NCBI GenBank assembly: GCA_000165345.1
Contig: CM000431.1
Span: forward strand, 896,001 to 960,000
Direction: 5' to 3'
Length of the DNA stretch: 64,000 nucleotides
Part shown: piece after piece, positions 10,791-24,698 of the stretch
How positions within the stretch are numbered: the stretch's first letter is position 1
How the letters are laid out: every line of letters starts with the position of its first letter
Program-made: the position numbers and the translations under genes
Notes under the pieces: generated by a model
Seen by the model: only the letters and a program-made list of their open reading frames with translations
What the model was told of the DNA's origin: nothing
Database searches by the model: none

Positions 10791-13700
10791 ATGAATATAA
10801 ATAAAGAATTAATTAGAGAATTAAAGTTGGAAGATATTCCAATTAACTTAATACTTGATGCAACTTGTAAATCTCCTCCTGGAATAAAAAATAAGTTGAA
10901 TTCAAGAAGAAATGATTTAAATGGCTTTGATGAGAATTCTTCTATGGACGAACCAGGATTAAGAATAATGACAGAAGGAGGGATTTCAAGAGAAAGCTAT
11001 TATTACAAAGATCAAAGTATAATAGAAAATATTTCAAAAATTGGTAATTTAAAAGAAAGTAAGAAAATCTATGAATCTAGTGTTAATAATGAATCAAATT
11101 CAGAAATATATTCGAAAATTAAAAAATCTACAACTAATTATGAATCTAAAAAGAACAGAAATATTCCAAGATTACATCTTCCAATCAAGACTTTGAATAA
11201 TGATATTAAGGAAGAACAATTATCAAGACAAGATAAATCCTCTGATAATAATGATTTTATAAATGATGATTCTTGTCATAATTCAAAGTATGATGTTTTT
11301 AATAATAATAGAAAAGTTAATTTATCAGAAAACGAATTGGAAATTGGTTATTCTCCTTTACATTCAAATAATTTGTCCATGTATTTAAATAATTACTATT
11401 CTAACCGAGATGATACCAAATTTGATAAAGAAGTTAATCATTTACAAGAAAAGTTACCAAATACTTTGAATACTTTTGAAATTTCAGATAATAGTAGCAA
11501 ATTCAAAGATCATCAATTAAAATCTATTTTTGAAAATTATAATTACTCTAAATCTGATCCATCGGAGACAAATTTTGAATTAAACCATATAAATAGAACA
11601 TTAAGTGAAACAAGTTCTAGTTTACAAACAAAACATTATCAAGAATATAAATATGATTCAATTAAGAAATTTGATTATAATGAAGAAAAATCTAATATTA
11701 CCAATTCAATATTAAACCGTGAAAAAGACAAAGACAAAGACAAAGACAAAGACAAAGATAAAGATAAAGAAAGTGATAAAAATCTAAGTAACCGTTTAGA
11801 TAGATTGATTCCTGTTTCAAAGTTATTAAAACACGAAGATAGTGAAATAAAATTGAAGGAAATAACTAATAGAGAGAAATATTCTAATATATTTAAAAAT
11901 GATGATGAGTTTACAAGCATCTTTCAGAAATGTTGGGATGATGCAGGAAACGAATTAAGAAATAGAAATGAGAATCATTTAAATGAAGGTAATACAGAAG
12001 AATCTGATAAAGATTTATATTTGAATCATGTTCCATTTCAATCTGACTTAATTATGGTTAATTCAAAAAGAAAGATTAAGACTACAATACCAATAGAAGC
12101 TATGAATAATAGTAATAATAAAGTTCTTGCTTATAATAGTAGTTATTATTCTGATTCAATTAATCCAATGGGTTTATTGAAGTATGTTAAGAAACAAAAT
12201 CAAAAAGATGAATTATATGTAAATATGAATAATAAAATAAACCAACAAACAGATAGAGGAACTTATGTATTATTGGCAGAAGATATGAGTACAAGAGCAT
12301 CAACTTTTAATAATTTGGCAAGTTTTGGAGTTAATAGTAATATTGCACTAGAAACTCATAGTAGTGGTGGTAATCATAATGATTCAAACTTAAATTATAA
12401 TATAATAGAAAAAGCTAAGAATAATAAGGAAGATTTTGATGATTTAACGGAATTAGATTATAAAGAGGATATTATATCAGTTGATAAAGTCAGTCATTCT
12501 ATTGTTAATGGCGATTATTATAGACAAGAAATTAAATCATATGAAGGTAAAAATAGGTTAATAAATGAGACAGAGTTACATCGGATTAATAATTCAGATT
12601 TGGAATCAAATCTTGATCTTGAATCTGGTAGTAATACTAATAATAACAGAATTATTACTTATAATAAAGATGATGACATTAAGAGTATTGTTGAAAATTT
12701 TTTGAAGATTGAAAAAAATAATGAAAGTAAATATAAGAATAAGAAGATGGTTAGGTTATATAAAGATGATCCAAAAGTATCTATTCAGAAATTGAGAGAT
12801 AATTTAAAGAATATTGAAAATAAAAGATTAGGGAATATTTCAAATAATTTACTATCAGAAGAAAATATCCATAAGAGTATATATGAAGAATTTAACGAGG
12901 TTAGAAATAAATTACCAAAGAATAAAGAATTTATTATAGATATGGTTGATGAAAACAAATATGATTATGGATTTAGTTTTGAAGTATTTAAAAAAGATGA
13001 TAATATGAAAATTACTGATATGGGAATGAAGATACAAGAATTTTACGCTCCAATAACATCTTCTTTAGATTCTAAAAAAAGAGAAAAAGTAGAAGGTTTA
13101 GATAAAAGTCATTTTATTAATATTCCGAATATTGAGATTGAGGAAATTAGTGTGAGTGATCAGAATGAAGTAAATGGCAGTTTGAATGTACATGAGCTAA
13201 AAATGGTGGAGAATATTCAGGAGGTTTTTAAAGATGAAAAAGTTAAAGGAAAAGGAAAAGGAAGAATGAAAGAGGAGGAGGAGGAGGAGGAGGAGGAGGA
13301 GGAAGAGGAAGGGGAAGAGGAAGAGGAAAAGGAAGAGGAGGAAGAAGAGGAAGAAGAAGGAAAAGAAAAAGAAGGAGATGATGAAGAAGATGATGGAGAA
13401 AAGGGGGAAACAGAAGAGGATATAGATTTTGTTGAAGGAAAAGAAGGATATTTTAATACAAGTACAAGATATTATAACAGCTTGGGACTAACTGAAGATT
13501 TTCTACTGGTTTTCATGAACTTTAGTTTAGTAAGGATACTATCATCAAATTCTTATGGGAATACATTTAAAGAAATGAAGGAATTGAAATTATTGGAAAG
13601 AGCAAAAGAAGATAGAAAAAATATTAATAGGAATTGGAAACAAACAATAATGAATTATGAGAAATTGGGAATGTTTGCAGAAAAGAGAAATTTAATATTA

Positions 13701-15434
13701 GTTTTTGCTATTTTAGTAAACATTATATTAATTTCAATGGCAAATATAATTATTCCAATAGTTTATAGTATTAAAAATACACTATTTCCAATATTAACAG
13801 TAAATGCAGTTATTAACTTTCTTATATTTTACTTAATTAATGGTACTTTAATTTACATATTCACTAGAAAGATGAACAGTTTTAACAAATCAATTTTGAA
13901 TGACTATTTATTACTTTTACAGAGAATTAATCAAATGAGAAAAGAAAGGAGAAAGTTGGAGTATGAAGAAGTGGAAGAGGAGGAAGAAGAAGAGGAGGAA
14001 GAAGAAGAGGAAAAAGAAAAAGAAGAGGGGGAAGAAGTCTATAACTACGATATTAATCACAAGGGAATAAAAGACAGTAGTGAGATAGAGGAATTGGAAA
14101 AGAGAGAAATAGAAGAAGATATAATGGAATATATTTATAGTGAACTATTGTATTGTTATATTCAAACTATGCAAGATTTGAATACTGAAAGTAATAAAAA
14201 ATATAAAAAGTCAATGTGGTTATTTTTTGGAATTGGAATCGTTCAAATGACTTTATCACTATTTTTGGATACATTTGTAATTAATAAATTTAACTTTAAT
14301 GGATCATTTGTGAATATTTTTAATGTTATAAATTTGCTAATATCAGCAACACTAAATTTAATATATATAAGTAAAAAGATTGGAAGATGGGATCTTTTGG
14401 ATATATTTAATAAGAATTTACTTATAATTATGGATGGAGTAATTCAAGAAAATCAATTAAAGTTTTTAACTTATTCTTCTAGTATTGTTGAACATATTTT
14501 ATATTGGAATTATATATTTAATCATAGTAATGATAATAATGTCAATTGGAGAAACTTTGTTTCAAATATATCATTATTAGAAATGGACCAACATAAATTA
14601 CAAAATATTAAAAATAATAAGAATAAAAATATTAATGTATTATGCAGAATACATTTAGATATTAATAAAATACTAAAAACTCCCAACTCTAATAATAATA
14701 TTAATGAATTATGGCCATTCTTTTATCTACATTATAATTATATTCAAAAAAAATTAATAATATCATCTCATAATTTAATTTTATACAAACAAGAGAATAA
14801 AGTTCATCAAAAAAATAATCATTTAATGTCAATTCCTGTTAATTTAATTTCCATTGAATCTATTCAATCTTCAGTTTTTCCATGGGCATTTATATATAAT
14901 AATAGTGGAAAAATGATAGAGAAAGATAATCATTTAGTTACTAATATTAATATGGAAAATAATAATTTAAATTTCAAAAATCAAATTCAGCAATATATTG
15001 AAATATTAGAGAATTTCATTTTCTCATCAGAAAATCAAAGTCTTACAATCAATTCATTACTAGAATTTACTGACACTTTTAAAAAGAAATATCAAACAAA
15101 TAATTTTCAAATGTCTAAAGAATTTCAAAATAAATTAAGTCAAATTTTTTATAATTATAATTTTATTTCATTATACGATAATAATAATTCAGGCGCCAAA
15201 ACACATTATAAGGAGGAGTCAGACAACTGGCGCCTGGATGAAAGTTTGGAAATAATTAAGTTAAAGGATGATCCATTATATATTTTAAATTGCACAATAC
15301 CAATAGAATATTTACTAAATATGGATATAAATATCAGCTTTGAAGATTTAGTTGCAAAAGATGAAGTTATGAAGTTACAAATTGCCTGTTTTTCTTTTGC
15401 TGACCTATTGAGTATATATACAGCTATTAGTTAG
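10791..15434 (+). CDS. large lineage-specific protein (1547 aa). It has (DK)n and two poly-Glu/Gly blocks, plus a cluster of hydrophobic helices (aa about 960-1200), suggesting a membrane anchor.
   Basis: Uninterrupted 4.6 kb ORF. Low-complexity acidic repeats encoded by (GACAAA)n and (GAG/GAA)n. Hydrophobic runs LILVFAILVNIILISMANIIIPIVY etc. Confidence 0.7.
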   Translation: MNINKELIRELKLEDIPINLILDATCKSPPGIKNKLNSRRNDLNGFDENSSMDEPGLRIMTEGGISRESYYYKDQSIIENISKIGNLKESKKIYESSVNNESNSEIYSKIKKSTTNYESKKNRNIPRLHLPIKTLNNDIKEEQLSRQDKSSDNNDFINDDSCHNSKYDVFNNNRKVNLSENELEIGYSPLHSNNLSMYLNNYYSNRDDTKFDKEVNHLQEKLPNTLNTFEISDNSSKFKDHQLKSIFENYNYSKSDPSETNFELNHINRTLSETSSSLQTKHYQEYKYDSIKKFDYNEEKSNITNSILNREKDKDKDKDKDKDKDKESDKNLSNRLDRLIPVSKLLKHEDSEIKLKEITNREKYSNIFKNDDEFTSIFQKCWDDAGNELRNRNENHLNEGNTEESDKDLYLNHVPFQSDLIMVNSKRKIKTTIPIEAMNNSNNKVLAYNSSYYSDSINPMGLLKYVKKQNQKDELYVNMNNKINQQTDRGTYVLLAEDMSTRASTFNNLASFGVNSNIALETHSSGGNHNDSNLNYNIIEKAKNNKEDFDDLTELDYKEDIISVDKVSHSIVNGDYYRQEIKSYEGKNRLINETELHRINNSDLESNLDLESGSNTNNNRIITYNKDDDIKSIVENFLKIEKNNESKYKNKKMVRLYKDDPKVSIQKLRDNLKNIENKRLGNISNNLLSEENIHKSIYEEFNEVRNKLPKNKEFIIDMVDENKYDYGFSFEVFKKDDNMKITDMGMKIQEFYAPITSSLDSKKREKVEGLDKSHFINIPNIEIEEISVSDQNEVNGSLNVHELKMVENIQEVFKDEKVKGKGKGRMKEEEEEEEEEEEEEGEEEEEKEEEEEEEEEGKEKEGDDEEDDGEKGETEEDIDFVEGKEGYFNTSTRYYNSLGLTEDFLLVFMNFSLVRILSSNSYGNTFKEMKELKLLERAKEDRKNINRNWKQTIMNYEKLGMFAEKRNLILVFAILVNIILISMANIIIPIVYSIKNTLFPILTVNAVINFLIFYLINGTLIYIFTRKMNSFNKSILNDYLLLLQRINQMRKERRKLEYEEVEEEEEEEEEEEEEKEKEEGEEVYNYDINHKGIKDSSEIEELEKREIEEDIMEYIYSELLYCYIQTMQDLNTESNKKYKKSMWLFFGIGIVQMTLSLFLDTFVINKFNFNGSFVNIFNVINLLISATLNLIYISKKIGRWDLLDIFNKNLLIIMDGVIQENQLKFLTYSSSIVEHILYWNYIFNHSNDNNVNWRNFVSNISLLEMDQHKLQNIKNNKNKNINVLCRIHLDINKILKTPNSNNNINELWPFFYLHYNYIQKKLIISSHNLILYKQENKVHQKNNHLMSIPVNLISIESIQSSVFPWAFIYNNSGKMIEKDNHLVTNINMENNNLNFKNQIQQYIEILENFIFSSENQSLTINSLLEFTDTFKKKYQTNNFQMSKEFQNKLSQIFYNYNFISLYDNNNSGAKTHYKEESDNWRLDESLEIIKLKDDPLYILNCTIPIEYLLNMDINISFEDLVAKDEVMKLQIACFSFADLLSIYTAIS
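11721..11770 (+). repeat. coding (GACAAA)n hexamer repeat encoding (DK)n
   Basis: gacaaagacaaagacaaagacaaagataaagataaa. Confidence 0.9.
13271..13380 (+). repeat. coding (GAG/GAA)n purine tract encoding poly-Glu. A second block lies at 13969-14032.
   Basis: Direct trinucleotide repeats inside ORF 10791..15434. Confidence 0.9.
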
Positions 15435-16081
15435 TTTTTCTAATATAATAATAAAATGCACACAACACACGTAATTAATTGCATGCACACGTAAATGGCT
15501 AAAATGTAATTATTTTAGAGTAAAATGCCAATTTCGTTTTTTTAACGATATATATGAATATATATATATATATCTAAATTAATTGTAAATATGATTTTGA
15601 ACTTTTTTTTTTCTATTTATTTTTTTTAAAGCATGAAAATTGAAAATCTATTGTAACAAATTAGTATGTTTTTGAATTTGTTTTTTATTTTTAGTTTACT
15701 TAGTATATTCGAAAATCGAAGTTATTGTCAATATATCAATTTTTGTGTGTAAATATATATGTACTGTATCTCTGTATAAAAATTAAAAAAATCTATTAAG
15801 AAAATATAAATTAAAGTTAAAAGAAAAATAGTATGCCAAGAAATGTTGTAATTGATAAAATAAAGTATTAAAATTAGGAAGAAGAGAAAATTCTGCTAAT
15901 GAAGAAAAGTCAGTATTTATAGTTTAAAAGTAATATATTAAAGTAATAATATTTAAGATAATTTTAAATTGGGATTAAAAAATAATAATAAAACAATAAC
16001 AAAAAAACTGAAAATAAAGATATAAAGTAATTATTATTTTTTTTCTGTTTAAATAAATTATAAAAAAAAAAAGTAAAGAAA

Positions 16082-17554
16082 ATGAGCAGAAAACATTCTA
16101 TTTTAAATAATACCAAAATTATTATGAACTTATTTTCATTCTTGGAAATCTCGGATTTAGTTAAAATGAGGAATTTGAATTCCTGTTGTAAACTAATTAG
16201 TGACCACTATATTAAAATGTCTATTCATAGAGATAAGTCAAAATATAAAAATATTGAGATTGAGAATAATGATGAAAGTAATAGTAGTAATAATAATAAT
16301 ATGAACAATATTGCCAATTATTTTTGTCCAAGTAAAATTAATAATAATAATAACATTTCGCAATTAAGAATGAAATTTCTTCAACTTTGGAATATTTATT
16401 CAAACAAAAATTTAATAGAAAAAGTCAATTACTATGATTATAACTTGTGTTTTATAATAAAGATATTAATATATTTAATTTCAAATGTAAAAGATGGACT
16501 TGATTTAAGTTTGATTTTTGCAACAAATAATTTTTATTTACAACAAATTTATGGATACGGATTAGATGATTCAAATTCTTTATCTTCTAATATTAATAAT
16601 CACTCAAAAAATAGCCATATTTTTAATATAGAGCGTGATTTAGATATAGATATTGAACAAGATGAATATATAGATTTTCAAAGTAATTCTTCAACTATTG
16701 GTTTGAATCATAATCACGAAAGTATTCCAATATATATTCAAGAATTTTTTAGAAATGAGGGAATCTGGAAGGTAATTGCAAAACTTTCTGGTTATAATCT
16801 CTCAAACGCCGAATTATCAAGTGAATCCAATGGAATCTTTGAATATTATCTTTGGCCAGAAAAAATGGAAGATCCTAAATACTCTATCATTGATCAAAAT
16901 ATTATTGAAAATATATTTTCAACAATATTAAAAATGAAAACGTTGGATCCAAATATACGTAAACAAGTTACTATTCTTATGAATAAAAATTTGAAAGCTG
17001 AATTAACATTTTATAGTAATACTGGCAATATAATAAATAGATCCAATATTAATATTGTTAAAGATCAATTCAACCCAAGTTATTATAGTAGTATCGACAA
17101 TAATAATAATAATAATCATCATCATCATCATCATCATCATAACTGTAATACTGATTTTCAAAGAGATAATTCCCATAATATTAATAGTAATTACCCATCA
17201 GAAATGATTTATTCTTTATTACAGCCTTGTACATTTATTAATTCTCAATTATCTTCCATTATTCTACTTTGGATTATCAACTTTTTGAAACTACAAAAAC
17301 AACTTCCATGTTTAAAACAAATCCCAAAAAATGATAAATTTTTGTTTAATGCCAATAACAATAACAATAATAAATATCGTCTTCAGCATAGAAATCATCA
17401 ATTTCTTCATAATCATAACTATAATTACAATAAAATTCCATTGAATTCAAAATTTTCTTCCACATCTAGATTCTCTAAATTAAATAATATTAATAATCAA
17501 AATCAAAGGTCAAATCCAAAGTCAAAACCAAAGCCAAAGTCAAAACCAAAATAA
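16082..17554 (+). CDS. hypothetical Asn-rich protein with an N-terminal F-box-like motif, a (His)9 tract and a C-terminal (KPKS)n tail. The C-terminus is uncertain (see findings).
   Basis: LFSFLEISDLVKMRNLNSCCKLISDHY resembles the F-box consensus. (CAT)8 encodes poly-His. 490 aa ORF. Confidence 0.6.
   Translation: MSRKHSILNNTKIIMNLFSFLEISDLVKMRNLNSCCKLISDHYIKMSIHRDKSKYKNIEIENNDESNSSNNNNMNNIANYFCPSKINNNNNISQLRMKFLQLWNIYSNKNLIEKVNYYDYNLCFIIKILIYLISNVKDGLDLSLIFATNNFYLQQIYGYGLDDSNSLSSNINNHSKNSHIFNIERDLDIDIEQDEYIDFQSNSSTIGLNHNHESIPIYIQEFFRNEGIWKVIAKLSGYNLSNAELSSESNGIFEYYLWPEKMEDPKYSIIDQNIIENIFSTILKMKTLDPNIRKQVTILMNKNLKAELTFYSNTGNIINRSNINIVKDQFNPSYYSSIDNNNNNNHHHHHHHHNCNTDFQRDNSHNINSNYPSEMIYSLLQPCTFINSQLSSIILLWIINFLKLQKQLPCLKQIPKNDKFLFNANNNNNNKYRLQHRNHQFLHNHNYNYNKIPLNSKFSSTSRFSKLNNINNQNQRSNPKSKPKPKSKPK
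17101..17139 (+). repeat. coding (AAT)5(CAT)8 encoding N5H9
   Basis: Perfect trinucleotide runs inside ORF 16082..17554. Confidence 0.9.
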
Positions 17555-17770
17555 AAACCAATTTTCAAATAGTAATCTTGGAGATATACCAGAAACCTTT
17601 GGAAAATTGTGTAATATCATTAATTCACAAGAAAATCTTTTGACTGAACTTAAACAAATATTAAATACCATCAAATAAATTAAAAGAATAAATTTAAGAA
17701 ATTAAAAATGGAATCGTTTGGAATATTTGTTGAATTTTATATAATAAAAGTGGGTATCTATTTACCAACT

Positions 17771-20077
<2,307 letters not shown>

Positions 20078-20426
20078 AATATATATTTGCTAGAATAAAA
20101 AAATCATATATATCCTGTTTTCAATTTGTTTTTCTTCAAATAATAATATATTTAGTGTATTTATATACTTATTTATCCTTCCACACAAGATCCAATAATA
20201 TTTGTTCTGTTACTTAGTATTATTATTCCTACTTAATACTTTTTTTCAGCTTCTAAATCTCAAATTCCTCTTTCAAAATACTTTAACATGAATAATTAAT
20301 ATAATAATTTACATTAAAGCCATGCAAATCTATTTGAATAACCATTCAATTCTTTGTTTTTTTTATTCTCATAGGGAAAAAACACAAAAAAAAAATGTAA
20401 TAATTGGCGCCAAATCCCAGATCAAC

Positions 20427-21842
20427 TTATTTATTTATACCTTTAATTATATATTCTTTTTTTAATAAATTTTTTAATTCATTTTGCAATAGGATAACAT
20501 TCTCCTTCAGTTTTTGTGTTGATTCGGTATACCTCTGCTGAGATTCACTCAAATCTTGATGATATTGCTTAATCCTATTCTCCAAATTATTAATTAAATT
20601 TTGCTGATTGATTATATTATTAAAAATGGAAAAAAATACTTCAACTTTCTTCTCAATAACAACGTATTTATTTCTTTTGAATGTGATTATTTCATAATTT
20701 TCAGATTCAGTTAATTTTCCTATAATTTTTTTGACCAAATTATAAAATTCTATTATTGTTTTATATTTTGTGTCAGTATTCATATTTATTTTTGCCTTCC
20801 ATTCCATACCAAAGCTTTCAACTAAACTCCTCTTAATAAATGACTCAATTTCATAAAGTTCCATGAGTAATTTTCCAAAGAGTTGACGATCCTCAAATAA
20901 TCGAATAAGAAGCGGTGATTCTTCTAAAATTACAAAATTTTTAAAATTTTCATCAGAAACTGAATTTTCTATAGTTGAATCATCAATTAATTCAATAGAA
21001 TACTTGTTTTCTTTTTCATTATCGCTTAATTCAGATTCACTTCCAATTTTTTCTAGATTTCCAATCAACATTTTCAAAGTTGGGAAATTTATTAAATGTT
21101 CCATTATATATTTATCGCTATCAACAAGATCTACGTTAGCTTCCTTAATTAATTCAAGATATAAATTAAATAAAACATCATCCTTTAATAATTCATTAAT
21201 TTCTTCAAATAGTTCTGACGAGAAATGTTTAAGCTTTTTATCATAAAAATTCTGTAATCCATCTGAAATTTTGTCTCTTGGAAAATAATCTGTATTTAGT
21301 CCAACTTTACTATAAGTAATAATATTCTCTAATCCAAAGCTTGATAATTCACTATTAATTAATTCTATATTTTTATCTTTTGTAGTATTTAATTCTTGCA
21401 CTTTCTTCCTAGTATTTTTAATTTTCGAGACTATTTCCCTCTGTTCCTTCTCTAAATGACTTAAACCAAACTTTAAAATATAATTGGCTTCTTTTGCTGC
21501 TTCTGATAAATATAAATTCTTATCTTGATACCGTTTTTTTATATTTAATAATTCATTAATTAGCTTAGATTTATAATTCCCAAAAATTGTCTTCATCTCA
21601 CCCTCTTTTGAGGAAATCAAAAACTCTATAAGTTTATTTAGAAATTTGTAATTCTTTTCATCATCCTTAATATTATTTAAATAAATTTTCACTTCTTCTG
21701 ATAACTGATCATTACTGCCAATGTTACTTTTTACCAATTCATTCAGATCCTTTTCGATATCTTTTAAAAGAATTCCCCAATTCCTTGGAACCAGTTTTTT
21801 ACCAAGTAAAAATTCATTCAAGAAAGAAAATTGGATCTCCAT
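20427..21842 (-). CDS. hypothetical coiled-coil protein (471 aa)
   Basis: Long ORF with heptad-like, K/E/L-rich composition. No catalytic motif recognised. Confidence 0.6.
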   Translation of the reverse strand: MEIQFSFLNEFLLGKKLVPRNWGILLKDIEKDLNELVKSNIGSNDQLSEEVKIYLNNIKDDEKNYKFLNKLIEFLISSKEGEMKTIFGNYKSKLINELLNIKKRYQDKNLYLSEAAKEANYILKFGLSHLEKEQREIVSKIKNTRKKVQELNTTKDKNIELINSELSSFGLENIITYSKVGLNTDYFPRDKISDGLQNFYDKKLKHFSSELFEEINELLKDDVLFNLYLELIKEANVDLVDSDKYIMEHLINFPTLKMLIGNLEKIGSESELSDNEKENKYSIELIDDSTIENSVSDENFKNFVILEESPLLIRLFEDRQLFGKLLMELYEIESFIKRSLVESFGMEWKAKINMNTDTKYKTIIEFYNLVKKIIGKLTESENYEIITFKRNKYVVIEKKVEVFFSIFNNIINQQNLINNLENRIKQYHQDLSESQQRYTESTQKLKENVILLQNELKNLLKKEYIIKGINK

Positions 21843-22735
21843 TTTACCTTACTAGGTTCTTATTTTCAAATTTCTATTTTCTCCCCACAATTTATGCTTT
21901 CCAACTATTTCTTCGAGTATTTTCCAGAGGTATTTTATCAATATAAGTATTTTAAAAATTTCCTATATCTGTACTTTTTTTACTCTCCCTTTTTCCAACA
22001 AAACTTTCAAATCAAAAAATGAAAGAAAAAGAAAATAAAACCAAATATTTGTTTTTAGCAATTTGACAATGTGAATTATTATTGCGCCTTATAAATTTAG
22101 CTTCAATTATTAGTAATATTTGATTTGAATCAATATTTTTATACTATTCATTATTATTTCCATCAAAGTTTTGTTCATAAAAATAACTAATTAAATGCCC
22201 TGATTAAATATAATCCTCACTTTTTTACTTCATTTCATTTCAATAATTCATTTTTTTATGTTTATTAATTGGAATATATTTATCTCATTCTTTTCTACTT
22301 AAATAAATCAACTGCGACAAACTTACATATTTAGATAATATTTTTTTATTAATATTTATAACTTTCCCGTCTTTCAATTCAATTTAAATAATAACTTCAA
22401 CTTATACTATTGTTAATCGTTCCATCTTAATTGCATGCACTTGAAAAAATAATTGTCCACATTAAATTATTAAAAAAAAAACACGTAATTGCACAAACTC
22501 CGGTATAGAAGTATTAAAAAAAAATGCAGAAGCATAAATTTCTGCATGCATTATTTTTAAAAATAAAATTATTTATCTAAGTTTATAAATTCCCAGGATA
22601 TGAAAATATATTAATTAAAATAATAAGATATAAATATAACAAATATATTAAAATTTGACTTTCCGTGATCAAGTGTAAGAAAACATGACGAAACAAAGGT
22701 TAAAAAAAGTGAAAAAAATATAAGAAACACGAAAA

Positions 22736-22996
22736 TCATGCTGAATTCTGAGATTTAGAGTATTCCTCAGAAGTATAACACTTCATAGTGACAGAATGGA
22801 TTTCATTATAAACCTCTCCAATGGCTTCGTTAACCAATCTTTGTCTTTCCAAGATTCTTTTACCGACAAAACAGTCTGATACAACAATAACTTTAAACAT
22901 ATACCCACAATTACAATTGCTGACATCTACAACGTCAAGAAGTGTAGGATTCAAAGATTTGGAAATTCTTTCATTGATAGTTTCTTGGATACTCAT
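22736..22996 (-). CDS. BolA-family protein
   Basis: 86 aa. CGYMFKVIVVSDCFVGKRILERQRLVNEAI...EIHSVTMKCYTSEEY matches the BolA fold signature (GGCG-like start, FxGK, HRLV, IHA/S). Confidence 0.7.
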   Translation of the reverse strand: MSIQETINERISKSLNPTLLDVVDVSNCNCGYMFKVIVVSDCFVGKRILERQRLVNEAIGEVYNEIHSVTMKCYTSEEYSKSQNSA

Positions 22997-23441
22997 TTGC
23001 GATAATTTGAATCAATTCTAAATTAATCAATAAGTTTAAAAATCAAAAATGGTAGTATTGGCGAAAATTTAATCGAATTTTTTGATTTAAAAAAATGGAT
23101 AAAATTTTTCCAACCGAATAATTAAAATTTCTTTTTATTATTAAAATATCAAATTAAAAAAAAATTTATTTAAAAAAAAAATCCCTGCAGAAATAATTAT
23201 TGTCAAGACAAATCATGCGCCTGAATTTTGGTTTTTAATAAAAATTTAAAAAAAAAATATTAATAAATTAAAGAAAAAAGTTATGAAACAAAGCTTATAG
23301 ATGTACTAACTCACATATATATATTAAGCATTTATATATATATTTATATATATCTGTAAATTAATATTATATATAAGCATATATTTTACCTATTTCAGTT
23401 AAGTTTTATAAAAAGAAAAAAAAAGAAATCCATTCTGGAGA

Positions 23442-24242
23442 GTGAAATTAATAATTACAAACAAAACACATCATTTTGGAAAAATGGATAACACTTCGGA
23501 ACCAGGTGATAGTATGGAGTATTCATTTTCTGGAAATGAGCTGGATTATGAAGAAGAGGCTAGCTGGATAGAATGGTTTTGCTCACTTAAGAGAAGTGAA
23601 TTTTTTATTGAAGTAGATGATGAATATATTATGGATGACTTTAACTTGACTGGTTTAAATGAACATGTAATATACTACGATGATGCTCTTGACATGATTT
23701 TAGATCGTATTGATGATGACTTTAGTGAGGATGAAATAAGTGCAATTGAATCATCTGCCCAGCTACTTTATGGATTAATACACGCAAGATATATATTAAC
23801 ATCTAAAGGAATGCATTTGTTATTTGAAAAATACCAGACACAAAAATATGGTCTTTGTCCAAATGTTTCATGTAATAATTTCCCTTTATTACCTATTGGA
23901 CTTAGTGATCTACCAAATGTGAATAGTTGTAAAGTATACTGTGCAACATGTAATGAAGTATATAATCCAAAATCAACAAGACTAGCCTCCATAGATGGAG
24001 CATTCTTTGGTACAAGTTTTGCTCCACTATTTGCTTTGCAATATGGATTAGTTACCTCAAAAAATAAATCCCCCCAATATTATGTACCTAGAATATATGG
24101 ATTTGCCGTTTATAGAAATAAGAGAGATTTGCTTGCAGAAGAAGCTGAAGCTGAACTAGAAGCAGAAACTGAATCTAACGAATTTAAAAAAGATTTCAAA
24201 GGTGAATCAAGATTATTGATTCAGAAAAAAAATTCAAGATAA
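23442..24242 (+). CDS. casein kinase II regulatory (beta) subunit. The true start may be the second ATG at 23484 (MDNTSEP..).
   Basis: SWIEWFCSL, LLYGLIHARYILT, the zinc-ribbon CPNVSCNNFPLLPIGLSDLP..CATCNEVY, and the acidic loop are all canonical CK2beta. Confidence 0.9.
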   Translation: MKLIITNKTHHFGKMDNTSEPGDSMEYSFSGNELDYEEEASWIEWFCSLKRSEFFIEVDDEYIMDDFNLTGLNEHVIYYDDALDMILDRIDDDFSEDEISAIESSAQLLYGLIHARYILTSKGMHLLFEKYQTQKYGLCPNVSCNNFPLLPIGLSDLPNVNSCKVYCATCNEVYNPKSTRLASIDGAFFGTSFAPLFALQYGLVTSKNKSPQYYVPRIYGFAVYRNKRDLLAEEAEAELEAETESNEFKKDFKGESRLLIQKKNSR

Positions 24243-24698
24243 ATCAATTCTCAAACGATTTGAATACTACAAACATTTTTACATTAATTAAAATATTCAG
24301 GTTATTCATATAATTCTATTAAGAAAAAGTTACATTGCTCCATAATAACTATTAATTAAATTTTCAACAAAAGCGGGGTGATCATTAATATGAGATTTTT
24401 CTATTATTAATTTTACCCTCAGATTTGTGGTTATTTATTGTTGGAAATAATTAAATGCAAAAGATGGTCATTTAATTAGTGCTTGCAAGATATTTGAAAA
24501 TACAGTCCCATTATCAGAGATACATAACACTTTTTTGTTGAGTAATAAAGAAATTTTTTTTTTTAATTAATAAGATTTAATATAGAAAAATACACAAAAT
24601 TGGTTATTGTTCATTCTTATAAAGTCTTTAAATTAAGAGATATTGGCTTTTAATTTTCAAAGGCAAATTTGAATCTCAAGTGATTTTTAAATACAAGA

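Noticed and set aside
11675-11920. 81-aa antisense ORF with (SL)n repeat
   Set aside because: It is simply the reverse complement of the (GACAAA)n hexamer repeat inside the large sense gene.
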